This document shows positions 46,288 through 56,864 of a stretch of DNA of 64,000 nt, piece after piece (within the stretch, counting starts at the first letter, position 1; every line of letters begins with the position of its first letter). Made by a program: the position numbers and the translations under genes. The notes beneath the pieces were generated by a model. It was not told the origin of the DNA and ran no database searches. It saw nothing but the letters and a program-made list of their open reading frames with translations. Location of the stretch: the sequence record NC_023719.1; one strand, 5' to 3'.

Positions 46288-47612
46288 AACAAAAACCATT
46301 AGCGCATCGTATGAGACCAGAATCATTAAGTGAATTCATAGGACAAAAGCATATTCTTGGAGAAGGTATGCTCCTAAGAAAAGCAATTGAAAAAGATATG
46401 TTGCGTTCTATAATCTTTTACGGCCCTCCCGCCTGTGGTAAGACATCATTAGCATATGTAATTTCAAAAACGACTAAATCAATTTTTGTACAATTAAACG
46501 CAGTAACTGCTAAGAAATCAGATATTATGGACGTAATTGACCAAGCTAAAAAAATGGAAATAGGCATGGGTAAAAAAACAATTTTGTTTTTAGACGAAAT
46601 ACATCGTTTCAATAAAGGACAGCAAGATTCGTTATTACCTTATGTTGAAGATGGAACAATTACGTTAATTGGTGCAACAACTGAAAATCCATTTTTTGAA
46701 ATTAACGGAGCTTTAATTTCTAGATCAACAATATTCAAGTTGGAACCATTAAGTAAAAAAGATATTAGAGATGCTCTAGTTGTAGCAATTGATAAAGAGT
46801 ACAGTGACGTTAATGCCGATTTAGACGCATTAGAACATATTGCAGATGTTGCAAATGGAGATCTGAGAGCTGCTTATAATTCTTTAGAGTTAGCAGTATT
46901 GATGTCTGAACCAAGTGAAAAATCAGTAGCTGATTCAGATAAATTACTTAAAAGGATAACTTTGCAAATTGTTGAAGAATCAAGTCAAAAGAGAGCTATT
47001 AATTATGGTAAAGGTGATAGTAATCATTACGACATTATGTCTGCTTTTTCTAAATCTATGCGAGGTAGCGATTCTACGGCAGCCCTACATTGGTTTGCAA
47101 GAATGTTGCAAGCTGGAGAAGATCCAAAAGCTATAATGAGAAGAGTTATGACACATGCTGCTGAAGATGTAGGTTTAGCAAATCCGCAAGCATTGGTTGT
47201 TGCTACATCTGCGATGACAGCTTTAGAATTTACAGGAATGCCAGAGGCCCGTATACCAATGTCTCAAGCGATAATCTATATTTGCGAATCACCAAAGAGT
47301 AATGCTGTTTATAGAGCTATAGATAGAGCAATTAACGATGTTAATAATAAAGAGTTAGGCGAAGTACCTTTATCATTAAGAGACACTCACTATAAAGGTG
47401 CTAAAGATTTTGGACATGGAGAAGGTTATATTTACCCGCATAATATCCCAGGAAATTGGTTGCCTCAACAATATGCTCCTGACAACATACATGGCTCTGA
47501 TTATTACAAACCTACTAATAATGGGTTTGAAATTAAAGTTAAAGAATTAAGAAAAAGAAGAGAAGATAATTATGCTAAATATAAGGGGCATTACGAAGAT
47601 AAAAAAGAGTAG
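46284..47612 (+). CDS. rarA: Replication-associated recombination protein A (AAA+ ATPase)
   Basis: PLAHRMRP, GPPACGKTS, LFLDEIHRFNK, IGATTENP, HYDIMSAF.KS.RGSD. Confidence 0.93.
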   Translation: MKQKPLAHRMRPESLSEFIGQKHILGEGMLLRKAIEKDMLRSIIFYGPPACGKTSLAYVISKTTKSIFVQLNAVTAKKSDIMDVIDQAKKMEIGMGKKTILFLDEIHRFNKGQQDSLLPYVEDGTITLIGATTENPFFEINGALISRSTIFKLEPLSKKDIRDALVVAIDKEYSDVNADLDALEHIADVANGDLRAAYNSLELAVLMSEPSEKSVADSDKLLKRITLQIVEESSQKRAINYGKGDSNHYDIMSAFSKSMRGSDSTAALHWFARMLQAGEDPKAIMRRVMTHAAEDVGLANPQALVVATSAMTALEFTGMPEARIPMSQAIIYICESPKSNAVYRAIDRAINDVNNKELGEVPLSLRDTHYKGAKDFGHGEGYIYPHNIPGNWLPQQYAPDNIHGSDYYKPTNNGFEIKVKELRKRREDNYAKYKGHYEDKKE

Positions 47613-47624
47613 AGGAGATTTGAA

Positions 47625-47903
47625 ATGGAAAAGATAATTAAGCACATTAAATCTTGTCCGATGTATGTGTATTTAACGTTCATTCTTAGTCACGTTATAA
47701 TTACAACATCATTTTTTGGAATTGATTATTACATTAGGCAAGATTATTCTTTAGATAACTGGATAGACGCAATAATTGTTTCTCTTATATCTTTTACTAT
47801 TACTGCTGTTGTTATCGTAATTGTTAAGAAAGTAAAGAGACGAAAGAAATTAAAAGATGCTTATAAAGAAAAATTACCTCCATTTTTAAGAAGAGGGAAA
47901 TAG
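47625..47903 (+). CDS. Membrane protein
   Basis: Two TM helices; RBS GAGGAG. Confidence 0.55.
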   Translation: MEKIIKHIKSCPMYVYLTFILSHVIITTSFFGIDYYIRQDYSLDNWIDAIIVSLISFTITAVVIVIVKKVKRRKKLKDAYKEKLPPFLRRGK

Positions 47904-47905
47904 AG

Positions 47906-48271
47906 ATGAATGAAATTACATTAAAAAGTAATGATTCTAATATGATAGTTAAATTACAATATTCATCTCAAAATATCCAAAGTAGTTTAGATGAAATTTT
48001 TATTGGCGCTTCTCTATTAGATTATGAGGTACGATTCTCTCGAGTAACTTCTATGGGTAATTATAAATACGGAGTTTCTAATACAAGAGAAGAATTGACT
48101 TTTTATAAAGGAGAAAAACTACATTATCTACGTTTCAAATTCGTAGATTCAAGCAATAGAGTTATTGATTTTGTAGAAGTTTTCGTAGATGAAAATTATA
48201 TCAAAATGTATATATGTAATGATGAACAAAGTTTTTTAGATGCTCTAGAAAAATTAAAGTCAAATTTATAA
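47906..48271 (+). CDS. Hypothetical protein
   Basis: RBS GAGGG. Confidence 0.5.
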   Translation: MNEITLKSNDSNMIVKLQYSSQNIQSSLDEIFIGASLLDYEVRFSRVTSMGNYKYGVSNTREELTFYKGEKLHYLRFKFVDSSNRVIDFVEVFVDENYIKMYICNDEQSFLDALEKLKSNL

Positions 48272-48294
48272 AAGCCGGAAACGGCTTTTTTATT
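48271..48294 (+). terminator. Rho-independent terminator
   Basis: AAAGCCG-gaaa-CGGCTTT plus T run. Confidence 0.8.
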
Positions 48295-48368
48295 TTGTTA
48301 TAAAAATGATAGAACTTATACATAATATATATAGTATATAAGTGATTAAGATAAAAGGGTGAAGCATA

Positions 48369-49997
48369 TTGAAGAATATACTTAATAATTTTCCATTTGA
48401 AACTGTAAGAGATAGACAGGAAGAGGTCATTAAGAAATTAGAAGATAATTGGGATAAATATAAGTGCTTTGTTGTTGAAGCACCCACAGGCTTTGGAAAG
48501 TCGCCAGTTGCAAACGCTATAGGTATGAGTGTTGATAGTACATTTTTATTGACTTCAACAAAACAACTTCAAAATCAATACATTGAAGATTTTGGAAGTA
48601 AAGAAGTTGTAGATTTAAAAGGTAAAGCTAATTATAGATGTAATATAGAACCAGGGTTAAATGTGGAGTGTGGACCTTGTACTGTCAATAAAGATTTATT
48701 GAAAAACTGTAAAGACAATGGTATTTGTTCCTACTACACTCAAAGAGAAAAAACTTTAAATGCAAATATAGCGGTTTTAAATACTTCATTCTTTTTATAC
48801 GCTACAACTTGTGGTAGATATTTTAAACCACGCGATGTTATTATTGTTGATGAATGCCATTTGTTGGAATCACAATTAGTCCAATGGGCAACAACTTTAA
48901 TTTCTCCCACAATATTAGAAGAAGAATATGATATTAAAGTTCCAAAATATAAAGAAGCATCTGGTTATAATGCTAACAAAAGATGGTTAAATAAAGTTTG
49001 GAAGATCATTATTGATAGAAGAATTGAGTTAGAAGAAGAAATAAAAGAAATGTTAGATGGACAAGATCCAAATACTATGAGTGAAGACTTATTAGAAGAA
49101 GTAACTATTTCACATAGTGCATACTATAAAATAGATAAATTGTATAAAACAATGGAAAGATTCTTTAAATCTACTAATAAAGAATCATGGTTATGTGAGC
49201 CTCAAGATGATGGTTTAATAGTTACACCTGTTGAAGTATCAGACTTGTTCCAAAGATTTATAGCGTCTCAATCATTAGAGAAAGTTGTATTCATGAGTGC
49301 TACGATTTTAGATATGGTTGGTTTTTGTAAAACTTTTGGAATTAAGAAAGAAGAAGTTGGTTTGTTAAAAGTTGAATCAGAGTTCCCACCTGAAAAATCT
49401 CCAATTATCTATAAGCCTTGTGGTTCTATGAATATGAAAAATATTGATGCTACTATGCCAAATGTAATAGAAACTATAAGAGATATTTTAGCAAAACACC
49501 CTAATGAAAAAGCTGTCATTCATTCTTCTAATTATAAAATAGCAGAACAAATATACCAAGCTTTAAATGACCCAAGATTAATTATCAAACAAGAAGGCGA
49601 AAACAATGAAATGATTATTAAGAAACACATGGAAAGTACAGAGCCTACTGTTTTGTTATCTCCTTCTTTGACTACTGGAACTGATTTAAAAGATGATTTA
49701 AGTAGATTTCAGATTATAGTTAAAATGCCTTTCTTATCTTTAGCTGATCAAAGGGTTGCTAGAAAAAATGAATTAAATAACGATTGGTATGTAGCTGAAA
49801 TGCTTAGGACAGTTGTACAGGCAGCTGGTAGAAGTACCAGGAATGAAAATGATTGGTCTGTTACTTATGTTTTAGATTCTTCATTTTATTACTTTATTGT
49901 AAAATATAGACGTTGGCTGTCTAAAAACTTCTTACAAAGAATTAAATTTAAAAGTTCTGATTTTGATATTGAGAAATTTAAAGATGAAAATAAATAA
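48369..49997 (+). CDS. DinG/XPD-family SF2 helicase with 4-Cys (Fe-S-like) cluster
   Basis: EAPTGFGKS, KGKANYRC..C..C..C, IIVDECH, SAT, QAAGRSTR. Confidence 0.85.
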   Translation: MKNILNNFPFETVRDRQEEVIKKLEDNWDKYKCFVVEAPTGFGKSPVANAIGMSVDSTFLLTSTKQLQNQYIEDFGSKEVVDLKGKANYRCNIEPGLNVECGPCTVNKDLLKNCKDNGICSYYTQREKTLNANIAVLNTSFFLYATTCGRYFKPRDVIIVDECHLLESQLVQWATTLISPTILEEEYDIKVPKYKEASGYNANKRWLNKVWKIIIDRRIELEEEIKEMLDGQDPNTMSEDLLEEVTISHSAYYKIDKLYKTMERFFKSTNKESWLCEPQDDGLIVTPVEVSDLFQRFIASQSLEKVVFMSATILDMVGFCKTFGIKKEEVGLLKVESEFPPEKSPIIYKPCGSMNMKNIDATMPNVIETIRDILAKHPNEKAVIHSSNYKIAEQIYQALNDPRLIIKQEGENNEMIIKKHMESTEPTVLLSPSLTTGTDLKDDLSRFQIIVKMPFLSLADQRVARKNELNNDWYVAEMLRTVVQAAGRSTRNENDWSVTYVLDSSFYYFIVKYRRWLSKNFLQRIKFKSSDFDIEKFKDENK

Positions 49998-50010
49998 GTT
50001 TTGAAAACAG

Positions 50011-50039
50011 TTTACATTAACCATATCATGTTATATAAT
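50011..50039 (+). promoter_or_regulatory. SigA-type promoter
   Basis: TTTACA-17 nt-TATAAT. Confidence 0.7.
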
Positions 50040-50080
50040 ATAAATATAACATGATATGGTTTGAGAAAGGAATGAGAAAA

Positions 50081-50350
50081 ATGATCAGAGGATTCCTACA
50101 GTTGTTTTCTAAAAGTGTTAAATCCTTTAATGCTAAATTTTCAGGAACTTTTCTTAGTTTTAACCTTGATGATCAAAATGAAAAGATTTTGATGAATAAG
50201 ATTAAAGAGGTAATGGAACTTGAAAAAGACAATAAGATTCAAGCATTAGAAGTTAGTGAAACTTATAGTGGTACTAAACGCGGTTATAGAATTTTAGTTA
50301 AGTATCTTGGAAGCGACATTATTAAAACGTATTATGTTAATAAAAAATAG
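50081..50350 (+). CDS. Hypothetical protein
   Basis: RBS AAAGGA; start moved to ATG 50081. Confidence 0.5.
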   Translation: MIRGFLQLFSKSVKSFNAKFSGTFLSFNLDDQNEKILMNKIKEVMELEKDNKIQALEVSETYSGTKRGYRILVKYLGSDIIKTYYVNKK

Positions 50351-50353
50351 GAG

Positions 50354-50623
50354 TTGAGTATTTTGAAAAACATAACCTTTTCTGATGAATTAATGGAATT
50401 GTTCAAACACTCTCAATTTTTTAAACATGAAGCAAAATTAGTAAATTTAAATTCTGGTAAAGAAGTTGATATTGAACCAGATGAAGATGGTTACGTATAT
50501 ATTCCAGAAGTAACTGAATTTTCTCCAACTTCATTAGTTAAAAATGGTGATGATGAAGATGCTCAACATGATTATGTTTTTATGGTAAAATTGATTAATG
50601 AATTTAGAAATCAAGCAAAATAA
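50354..50623 (+). CDS. Hypothetical protein
   Basis: ORF following the previous stop. Confidence 0.5.
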   Translation: MSILKNITFSDELMELFKHSQFFKHEAKLVNLNSGKEVDIEPDEDGYVYIPEVTEFSPTSLVKNGDDEDAQHDYVFMVKLINEFRNQAK

Positions 50624-50634
50624 AAAAAGATAAG

Positions 50635-51048
50635 GTGGTTAATAAAATGAGTGGAGAAATTATTATTGGTCAAACAGCAAATAAAGAAGTAGAACAAATT
50701 GATGATATTCATCGTTTAGTTAACTCTTTTGCTACAAATCGAAAACTTTCAGGTCAAGAAGTTTTAGTTAAAAAAATCAACAATGGTGATGGTTCTATTG
50801 TACGTGTTGAGAGGCATGATCATAAATTATTAGAAGTAAAATACAGTGAAAGTATGTTCCAAATTAACGTTATCTTCAATTTACAACCAGTATTAGATGA
50901 TCAACTTATTCGAACAGTTAAAAATTTAGCAGAAGTAGATAAAGAAGATTTAGATCGATTCTTTATTGAAGAAGATAAAAATACTTACGGTGCGATTTTG
51001 TTTGGCTTTGACCAATTTAAAGAATTGTTTCCAAAGATGTATTCTTAA
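50635..51048 (+). CDS. Hypothetical protein
   Basis: ORF; start may be ATG 50647. Confidence 0.5.
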   Translation: MVNKMSGEIIIGQTANKEVEQIDDIHRLVNSFATNRKLSGQEVLVKKINNGDGSIVRVERHDHKLLEVKYSESMFQINVIFNLQPVLDDQLIRTVKNLAEVDKEDLDRFFIEEDKNTYGAILFGFDQFKELFPKMYS

Positions 51049-51071
51049 TAAAAGTTAAAGAAGGTGCCTTT

Positions 51072-51284
51072 ATGAAACATTCTGACTTAGAAGAATTAGC
51101 TCAAGAGACTGTCAAGTATGCAATGGAAAATGAAATGGATGAATTCTGTTTTTTTAATGGCGTTGGAATAGATTCTATATTTTATAAAGTATATAATGAC
51201 TTAGCAAATAAAAATCTTATTGTTGGTAGTATGTTTGCCATGTTATTAGAAAACAAATATGAAATCAAAATTCCAATAAAATAG
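51072..51284 (+). CDS. Hypothetical protein
   Basis: RBS AAGGTG. Confidence 0.5.
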   Translation: MKHSDLEELAQETVKYAMENEMDEFCFFNGVGIDSIFYKVYNDLANKNLIVGSMFAMLLENKYEIKIPIK

Positions 51285-51395
51285 CTTATATTGATTTTTT
51301 AGATTAATTATTTAGGTTCCATAAATATATTCAGATTTGGTTCAGAATTCAACTCTGATTCATCTAGATTAATTGAATAATATATATATAATAAT

Positions 51396-51428
51396 AAAAA
51401 CCGTACTGAATCCAGTACGGTTTTTTTA
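51396..51428. terminator. Bidirectional terminator
   Basis: AAAAACCGTACTG-aatc-CAGTACGGTTTTT between convergent genes. Confidence 0.85.
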
Positions 51429-51430
51429 TA

Positions 51431-52132
51431 TTAGTTCTGCTCTTCTATTTCATCTTCTTGAAGTTGTTCAGATAAGCAGTTGTTGAATTTTTCTTCATCT
51501 TCTTTTCTGATGTATTTAAAGCCCCATTCTTCAGAACTGTTTTGAGCTATCAGCAATAAATGTTTTTCTTCACTATAACTCTCTATTTCTTCATCATCAG
51601 TTTCTAATGCTAAGAATTTCATGCCGCCAACCATCTTTTTAACTTCAACCCAAAGTAGTTTATGTGATTCTGCATAATTATCAAATTCATCAAGTAGAAT
51701 ACTAAAGTCGTCTAACAAATCATTGTAAAATTCTAATTGATTTAAAATTTTCATTGTTTGTTTTGGGTTAGACTTGTGAATATATAATGGCTCTGGTAGG
51801 TCTTCTAAAAGAATTTCTTCATCTTCAAATTCTTCGTCACTTTTGCCTTTCTTTAGATCTTCCACATTATAAATTTCTATTTTGTGATTTTCTCTAACGA
51901 ATATAGCTTGTTTAGATTGTTCGAAGTTTTCAAGACCTAGAACATTACTTAAATACATATTGACACGTTTATCTGCAGCAACGATGTCTTCGTTCATTTC
52001 TTCTAATTCACTTTCTAAACTTTTTAATTGGATAGTAACTTCTGCAATTTCTTTTGCGTATTTCTTAATTTGCTTATTACCATCAATCTCCCATATTGGG
52101 ACATTTGAAATTATCTTTTTAAAATCAGACAT
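51431..52132 (-). CDS. Acidic hypothetical two-repeat coiled-coil protein
   Basis: RBS GAGGT on the minus strand; long ORF. Confidence 0.6.
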   Translation of the reverse strand: MSDFKKIISNVPIWEIDGNKQIKKYAKEIAEVTIQLKSLESELEEMNEDIVAADKRVNMYLSNVLGLENFEQSKQAIFVRENHKIEIYNVEDLKKGKSDEEFEDEEILLEDLPEPLYIHKSNPKQTMKILNQLEFYNDLLDDFSILLDEFDNYAESHKLLWVEVKKMVGGMKFLALETDDEEIESYSEEKHLLLIAQNSSEEWGFKYIRKEDEEKFNNCLSEQLQEDEIEEQN

Positions 52133-52318
52133 ACTTGTACCTCTCTTTCGGGTTAAAATTGATTAATAGGACTATATTATTATAATTAGTTTTAACGTGC
52201 TTTTTATACTAATTCTTAAGAAATAAAATTTTTTATTCTTAGCTATTACAAAAAACAATACTTGTTGTATTAAATAAATGAAAGGAGGCGATAAAAAAAG
52301 TCGGGAGGTGAGGGTCGT

Positions 52319-52798
52319 ATGCATATTTCTAAAGTTAATGATATTTTAGATTCAATCAAGGAGATTGATGTTGCAACATACGATCATTTAGAGCGTACAG
52401 CTATGTTTACTTTTGCTATTGCGAAAGAGTTAAAATTTGAGTCAAAACAAATGGAACAAGCTTATTTTGCCGGTTTATTGCATGATATTGGTGTTTTATC
52501 TGCTACTAATAGAAACAAAAAAGAATGCGCTGAGTTTGGTAGTTTAATGTTAAGATTTGTTGACGATTCAAAATTCTTATCAGACGTTATTAAACACATG
52601 CATGATTTCTATTTACAAGAAGAGAGTTTTAATACTTTACTTTCTGAAATAGTAGCTGTTTCCAGTGAATACGATGAACTTAAGAATGTAGAAGGTTTAG
52701 AGTATGACAAAGTTTTTGAAGTTCTTAAATCAAAGAAATATCAAGATAGAATATTAGACAGTTTTGATAAAGTTTTAAAGAAAGAAGAATTAATTTAA
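52319..52798 (+). CDS. HD-domain protein, degenerate HD-GYP-like
   Basis: TYDHLERTA...AGLLHDIG; GYP loop absent; IVAVSSEYD where HD-GYP has AVADxFD. Confidence 0.75.
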   Translation: MHISKVNDILDSIKEIDVATYDHLERTAMFTFAIAKELKFESKQMEQAYFAGLLHDIGVLSATNRNKKECAEFGSLMLRFVDDSKFLSDVIKHMHDFYLQEESFNTLLSEIVAVSSEYDELKNVEGLEYDKVFEVLKSKKYQDRILDSFDKVLKKEELI

Positions 52799-53052
52799 AC
52801 TTAAAAAACCGCCTTCGAAAACAGCTATTGAGTTAGCTGTTTTTTTATTTGTAAAAAGTGATACAAATAGGTACAACAAAAGTAATTTATATATAATAAA
52901 AAAACAGCAATCTTCCCTTGTAAAAATTTTGAGGATTTTCAATTTTAAAAAGAAGATGTTATTTAACTTCACAGAGATTCTATATCTTCTGTACCTGGGA
53001 GATTCAAGTTGAATTTCTACAAGAACGAATACAATTTCAAGGAGGCAATAAG

Positions 53053-53283
53053 ATGAAAGTTGTTGTTTACTCACAACCAGATTGTGGGCCATGTAAAATG
53101 GTAAAAGCTTATTTAAATCATAAAGGCATTGATTTTGAGGAAAAGAATATTAGAGAAGATGAAGCCGCTTACAAAGAATTAGTTGCTCAAAATTTCTCAA
53201 AAACTCCAGTTACTTTTATTGATGGCGAACCAGTAGTTGATTTTAACATTGAAGAATTAAATTCAAAATTAAATATAGAATAG
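53053..53283 (+). CDS. nrdH: NrdH-redoxin (glutaredoxin-like)
   Basis: VVYSQPDCGPC, TPV motifs; first gene of the RNR operon. Confidence 0.85.
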   Translation: MKVVVYSQPDCGPCKMVKAYLNHKGIDFEEKNIREDEAAYKELVAQNFSKTPVTFIDGEPVVDFNIEELNSKLNIE

Positions 53284-53383
53284 TTTAATTGGCTATAAAC
53301 TATATAAGACTTTTAACATATAATAAACATTAACAATAAAAACTTGCAATGAGCGTAGTTTGTAAGATTGGAGGTGTTTTGAG

Positions 53384-53755
53384 TTGTTAATAGCGTACGA
53401 TTCTAAAACAGGAAACGTTCAACGTTTCATAAATAAACTGGATATGAATGCTATTAGAATTGAAGAAGATTTAATCTTAAGTGAACCTTTTATATTAGTT
53501 ACTTATACAACTAACTTTGGACAGGTTCCAAAGAAAACTGCTAGTTTTTTAAAGAACAATCATACAAATTTAATTGGCGTCGCTTCAAGCGGAAATAAAA
53601 ATTGGGGAGATAATTTCTGTAAAAGTGCCGTTAAAATATCAGATATGTATAGAATCCCTATAGTTCTTAAGTTTGAACTATCTGGCACAAATAATGATGT
53701 GCAAAAATTTAAAGACGAGGTGGCAAAAATTGAATCACATAGAACTAAACAATGA
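53384..53755 (+). CDS. nrdI: Flavodoxin-like RNR activator
   Basis: YDSKTGNVQRF, TYTTNFGQVP, SSGNKNWG..F, FELSG. Confidence 0.93.
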   Translation: MLIAYDSKTGNVQRFINKLDMNAIRIEEDLILSEPFILVTYTTNFGQVPKKTASFLKNNHTNLIGVASSGNKNWGDNFCKSAVKISDMYRIPIVLKFELSGTNNDVQKFKDEVAKIESHRTKQ

Positions 53756-55817
53756 GATTACAATGAGAGGAGAAGATGGATTTTTCCAACTTCACAAAGA
53801 TAAAGAAGCAGTTGAAGCTTTTAGAAAAGAGCTAGAAACTAAAAAAATTAAATTTAAAGATGTAGAAGAAAAAATCAACTACATGATTAATAACGACTAC
53901 TACTTTAATGTTTTAGAACAATATACTATGGATCAAATCAAAAAGATTTATTCTACATTGTATGCTTATAACTTTAAATTCCAATCATATATGGCGATTT
54001 CAAAGTTTTATAAAGATTATGCTTTAAAAACAAACGATAAAAAATTCTACTTAGAATCTTATGAAGATCGTATTGCTATTGTTTCTTTATTCTTAGGACA
54101 AGGTAATTTCAATAAAGCAAAAAGTTTAGCTGTTTCTATGATTGAACAAAGATACCAACCAGCTACTCCAACTTTCCTAAATGCTGGTAGAAGCAGACGC
54201 GGAGAAATGGTTTCTTGTTTCTTATTAGAAATGGATGATAGCTTGAATTCAATTGGTTTCAATATCAATACTGCAATGCAATTATCTAAAATTGGCGGCG
54301 GCGTTGCCTTAAACCTTTCTAAACTTAGAGGAAGAAAAGAGCAAATTAAAGGTATTGATGATGCTGCTTCTGGAGTAGTACCAGTTATGAAACTTTTAGA
54401 AGATAGCTTCTCTTATGCTAATCAGCTTGGCCAAAGAAAAGGCGCTGGAGCTGTTTACTTAAACATCTTCCACTGGGATATTATTGAATTCTTAGATACT
54501 AAAAAGATCAATGCTGATGAAAAAGCCAGAATTCAATCTTTATCTATTGGATTAATTGCTGAAAAAATCTTCTTCCAATTAGCAAAAAGAAACGAAGAAA
54601 TGTATGTTTTTGCTCCTCACTCGGTTTACAGAGCTTATGGTGAACATTTAGATGACATGGATTTAAATGTTATGTATGATAAGTTAGTTAAAAACCCAGC
54701 TGTTAAGAAACGTAAGTTAAATTTAACTGCTCGCGAAATGCTTATTAAAATTGCTATTATTCAATTAGAATCTGGCTACCCTTATTTTATGTACAAAACT
54801 AACGCTAATGATACTCACGCATTAAAAGATATTGGCCAAGTTAAAATGAGTAATCTTTGTACGGAAATCTTCCAATTACAAGAGACATCTACTATTAATA
54901 ACTATGGTACTGATGATGAAATCAAGAGAGATATCAACTGTAATTTAGGTTCATTAAATATTGTTAATGTAATGGAATTAAAAGCAATTAGAGATTCAGT
55001 TCATGCTGGTGTCGAAGCATTAACATCAGTTTCTGATATTACTTCAATTGAAAATGCCCCTACAGTTAAGAAAGCTAATGATGAACTTCACGCTATTGGT
55101 TTGGGTTCTATGAACTTACACGGATGGTTAGCTAAAAATAAAATTAATTACGAATCTCCTGAAGCTCTAGATTTCGTTAGAACTTTCTATATGGCAGTAA
55201 ACTACTATTCTATTGAGAAAAGTATGATGATCGCTAAAGAAACTGGGGTTAAGTTTAAAGACTTTGAAAGATCAGAATATGCAAAAGGTACTTATTTTGC
55301 TAAATATCTTAAAAACGATTACTCTCCTAGAACTGAAAAAATCAAACAAATGTTTGATGGAATTGAAATTCCTTCTCAATCAGATTGGGAGAATTTAATG
55401 TTTGATGTTAAGAAATATGGTTTATACCATGCTTACCGTCTGGCAACAGCACCAACACAAAGTATTTCTTATATTCAAAATGCAACGCCAAGTGTTATGC
55501 CAATTGTAGATCATATTGAAGCTAGAACATATGCTAACTCTACAACATACTATCCAATGCCTTATTTGTCATTAGATACTTTCTGGTATTATAAATCAGC
55601 ATATAATACAAATCAATTTAAATTAATTGACATTATTGCTGAAATGCAAGAACATGTAGACCAAGGTATTAGTACAATTTTATATGTAAATAGCGATATT
55701 ACCACTAGCGAATTAGCTAGATATTATATTTATGCAAGTGAAAAAGGATTAAAGAGTCTTTACTACACTAGAACGAATAATTTAGGTGTTAACGAATGTG
55801 AGACTTGTTCAGTTTAA
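53730..55817 (+). CDS. nrdE: Class Ib ribonucleotide reductase alpha subunit
   Basis: QPATPTFLN, VSCFLL, SNLCTE, NCNLGS, LATAPT, C-terminal CETC; TTG start 53730 after GAGGT; no intein or intron seen. Confidence 0.95.
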   Translation: MNHIELNNEITMRGEDGFFQLHKDKEAVEAFRKELETKKIKFKDVEEKINYMINNDYYFNVLEQYTMDQIKKIYSTLYAYNFKFQSYMAISKFYKDYALKTNDKKFYLESYEDRIAIVSLFLGQGNFNKAKSLAVSMIEQRYQPATPTFLNAGRSRRGEMVSCFLLEMDDSLNSIGFNINTAMQLSKIGGGVALNLSKLRGRKEQIKGIDDAASGVVPVMKLLEDSFSYANQLGQRKGAGAVYLNIFHWDIIEFLDTKKINADEKARIQSLSIGLIAEKIFFQLAKRNEEMYVFAPHSVYRAYGEHLDDMDLNVMYDKLVKNPAVKKRKLNLTAREMLIKIAIIQLESGYPYFMYKTNANDTHALKDIGQVKMSNLCTEIFQLQETSTINNYGTDDEIKRDINCNLGSLNIVNVMELKAIRDSVHAGVEALTSVSDITSIENAPTVKKANDELHAIGLGSMNLHGWLAKNKINYESPEALDFVRTFYMAVNYYSIEKSMMIAKETGVKFKDFERSEYAKGTYFAKYLKNDYSPRTEKIKQMFDGIEIPSQSDWENLMFDVKKYGLYHAYRLATAPTQSISYIQNATPSVMPIVDHIEARTYANSTTYYPMPYLSLDTFWYYKSAYNTNQFKLIDIIAEMQEHVDQGISTILYVNSDITTSELARYYIYASEKGLKSLYYTRTNNLGVNECETCSV

Positions 55818-55883
55818 TTAGTTTTAAAATATCAGCTTCTATTAATTTAGAAGCTGATATATAAATTTTAAAATATGAGGTGT

Positions 55884-56864
55884 ATGAATAGAATGGCACG
55901 TGGCGTCAATTGGAATAAATTAGAAGATGAATATAGTTTAATGTTCTGGAAGCAAAATATTTCGCAATTCTGGACCGAAGAAGAAATTGCAATTTCTTCA
56001 GATAAAAATACTTGGTTCGATTTAACTAAAGCTGAAAAGAAAGCTTATAAAAATATACTAGGTGGTCTTACTTTACTTGACACTAAACAAGGTGGAGAAG
56101 GTATGCCGCTTATCTTGCTTCACACTAAGAATCTACAAGCAAAAGCAGTTTTAGCTTTCATGGGGGCAATGGAAGAAATTCACGCTAAGAGCTATTCTAG
56201 TATCTTTACCACTCTCGTTGCTGAAGATGAAATTGAAGATATTTTTGAATGGGTAGATAAAAATCCACAATTAACTACAAAATCAGATTTAATTACTCAA
56301 AGATACCATGCTTTGTTTAAACCGCAAGTTACTAATAAAGAACTCTATATGGCGATGGTTGCTTCTGTATTCCTTGAAAGTTATCTTTTCTATAGTGGTT
56401 TCTTCTATCCATTATACTTAGCTGGCCAAGGGAAAATGACAGCTTCTGGTGAAATTATTAACTTGATTATTCGTGATGAATCTATCCATGGAGTATTTGT
56501 TGGTATGCTTGCACAAGAGGTTTATTCTCAAATGTCAGAGCAAGAACAAAAAGAAGTAGATAAAGAAACTTATGATTTGTTGATTGATTTATATGAAAAT
56601 GAATTGGTTTATACAGAAGAGATTTATTCTGAAATTGGTTTAGTTGATGAAGTTAGGAAATTTGTTCGTTATAATGCCAATAAAGCTCTTATGAATTTAG
56701 CTTTAGAACCCTACTTTGAAGAGGAAGAAATTAACCCAATCGTATTTAATGGTTTGAAAACAAATACTAAAAATCATGATTTCTTCTCAGTTAAAGGTAA
56801 TGGGTATATTAAAACTTTAAACATTACGCAATTAAAAGACGAAGATTTCAACTTTAACTTTTAA
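55884..56864 (+). CDS. nrdF: Class Ib ribonucleotide reductase beta subunit
   Basis: LLDT, EEIHAKSY, FLESYLFYSGF, RDESIHG metal ligands intact; start ATG 55884 (RBS GAGGTG). Confidence 0.95.
   Translation: MNRMARGVNWNKLEDEYSLMFWKQNISQFWTEEEIAISSDKNTWFDLTKAEKKAYKNILGGLTLLDTKQGGEGMPLILLHTKNLQAKAVLAFMGAMEEIHAKSYSSIFTTLVAEDEIEDIFEWVDKNPQLTTKSDLITQRYHALFKPQVTNKELYMAMVASVFLESYLFYSGFFYPLYLAGQGKMTASGEIINLIIRDESIHGVFVGMLAQEVYSQMSEQEQKEVDKETYDLLIDLYENELVYTEEIYSEIGLVDEVRKFVRYNANKALMNLALEPYFEEEEINPIVFNGLKTNTKNHDFFSVKGNGYIKTLNITQLKDEDFNFNF

Noticed and set aside
21520-50350. Other genes ending in AAA AAA plus stop (21534, 44177, 50350) as extra frameshift sites
   Set aside because: The -1 frame closes quickly, or the next element is a terminator or a gene with its own RBS.
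53730-56864. Intein or intron in nrdE/nrdF, or metal-free class Ie RNR
   Set aside because: Both genes are continuous and of normal length, and the NrdF metal ligands and radical Tyr are intact.
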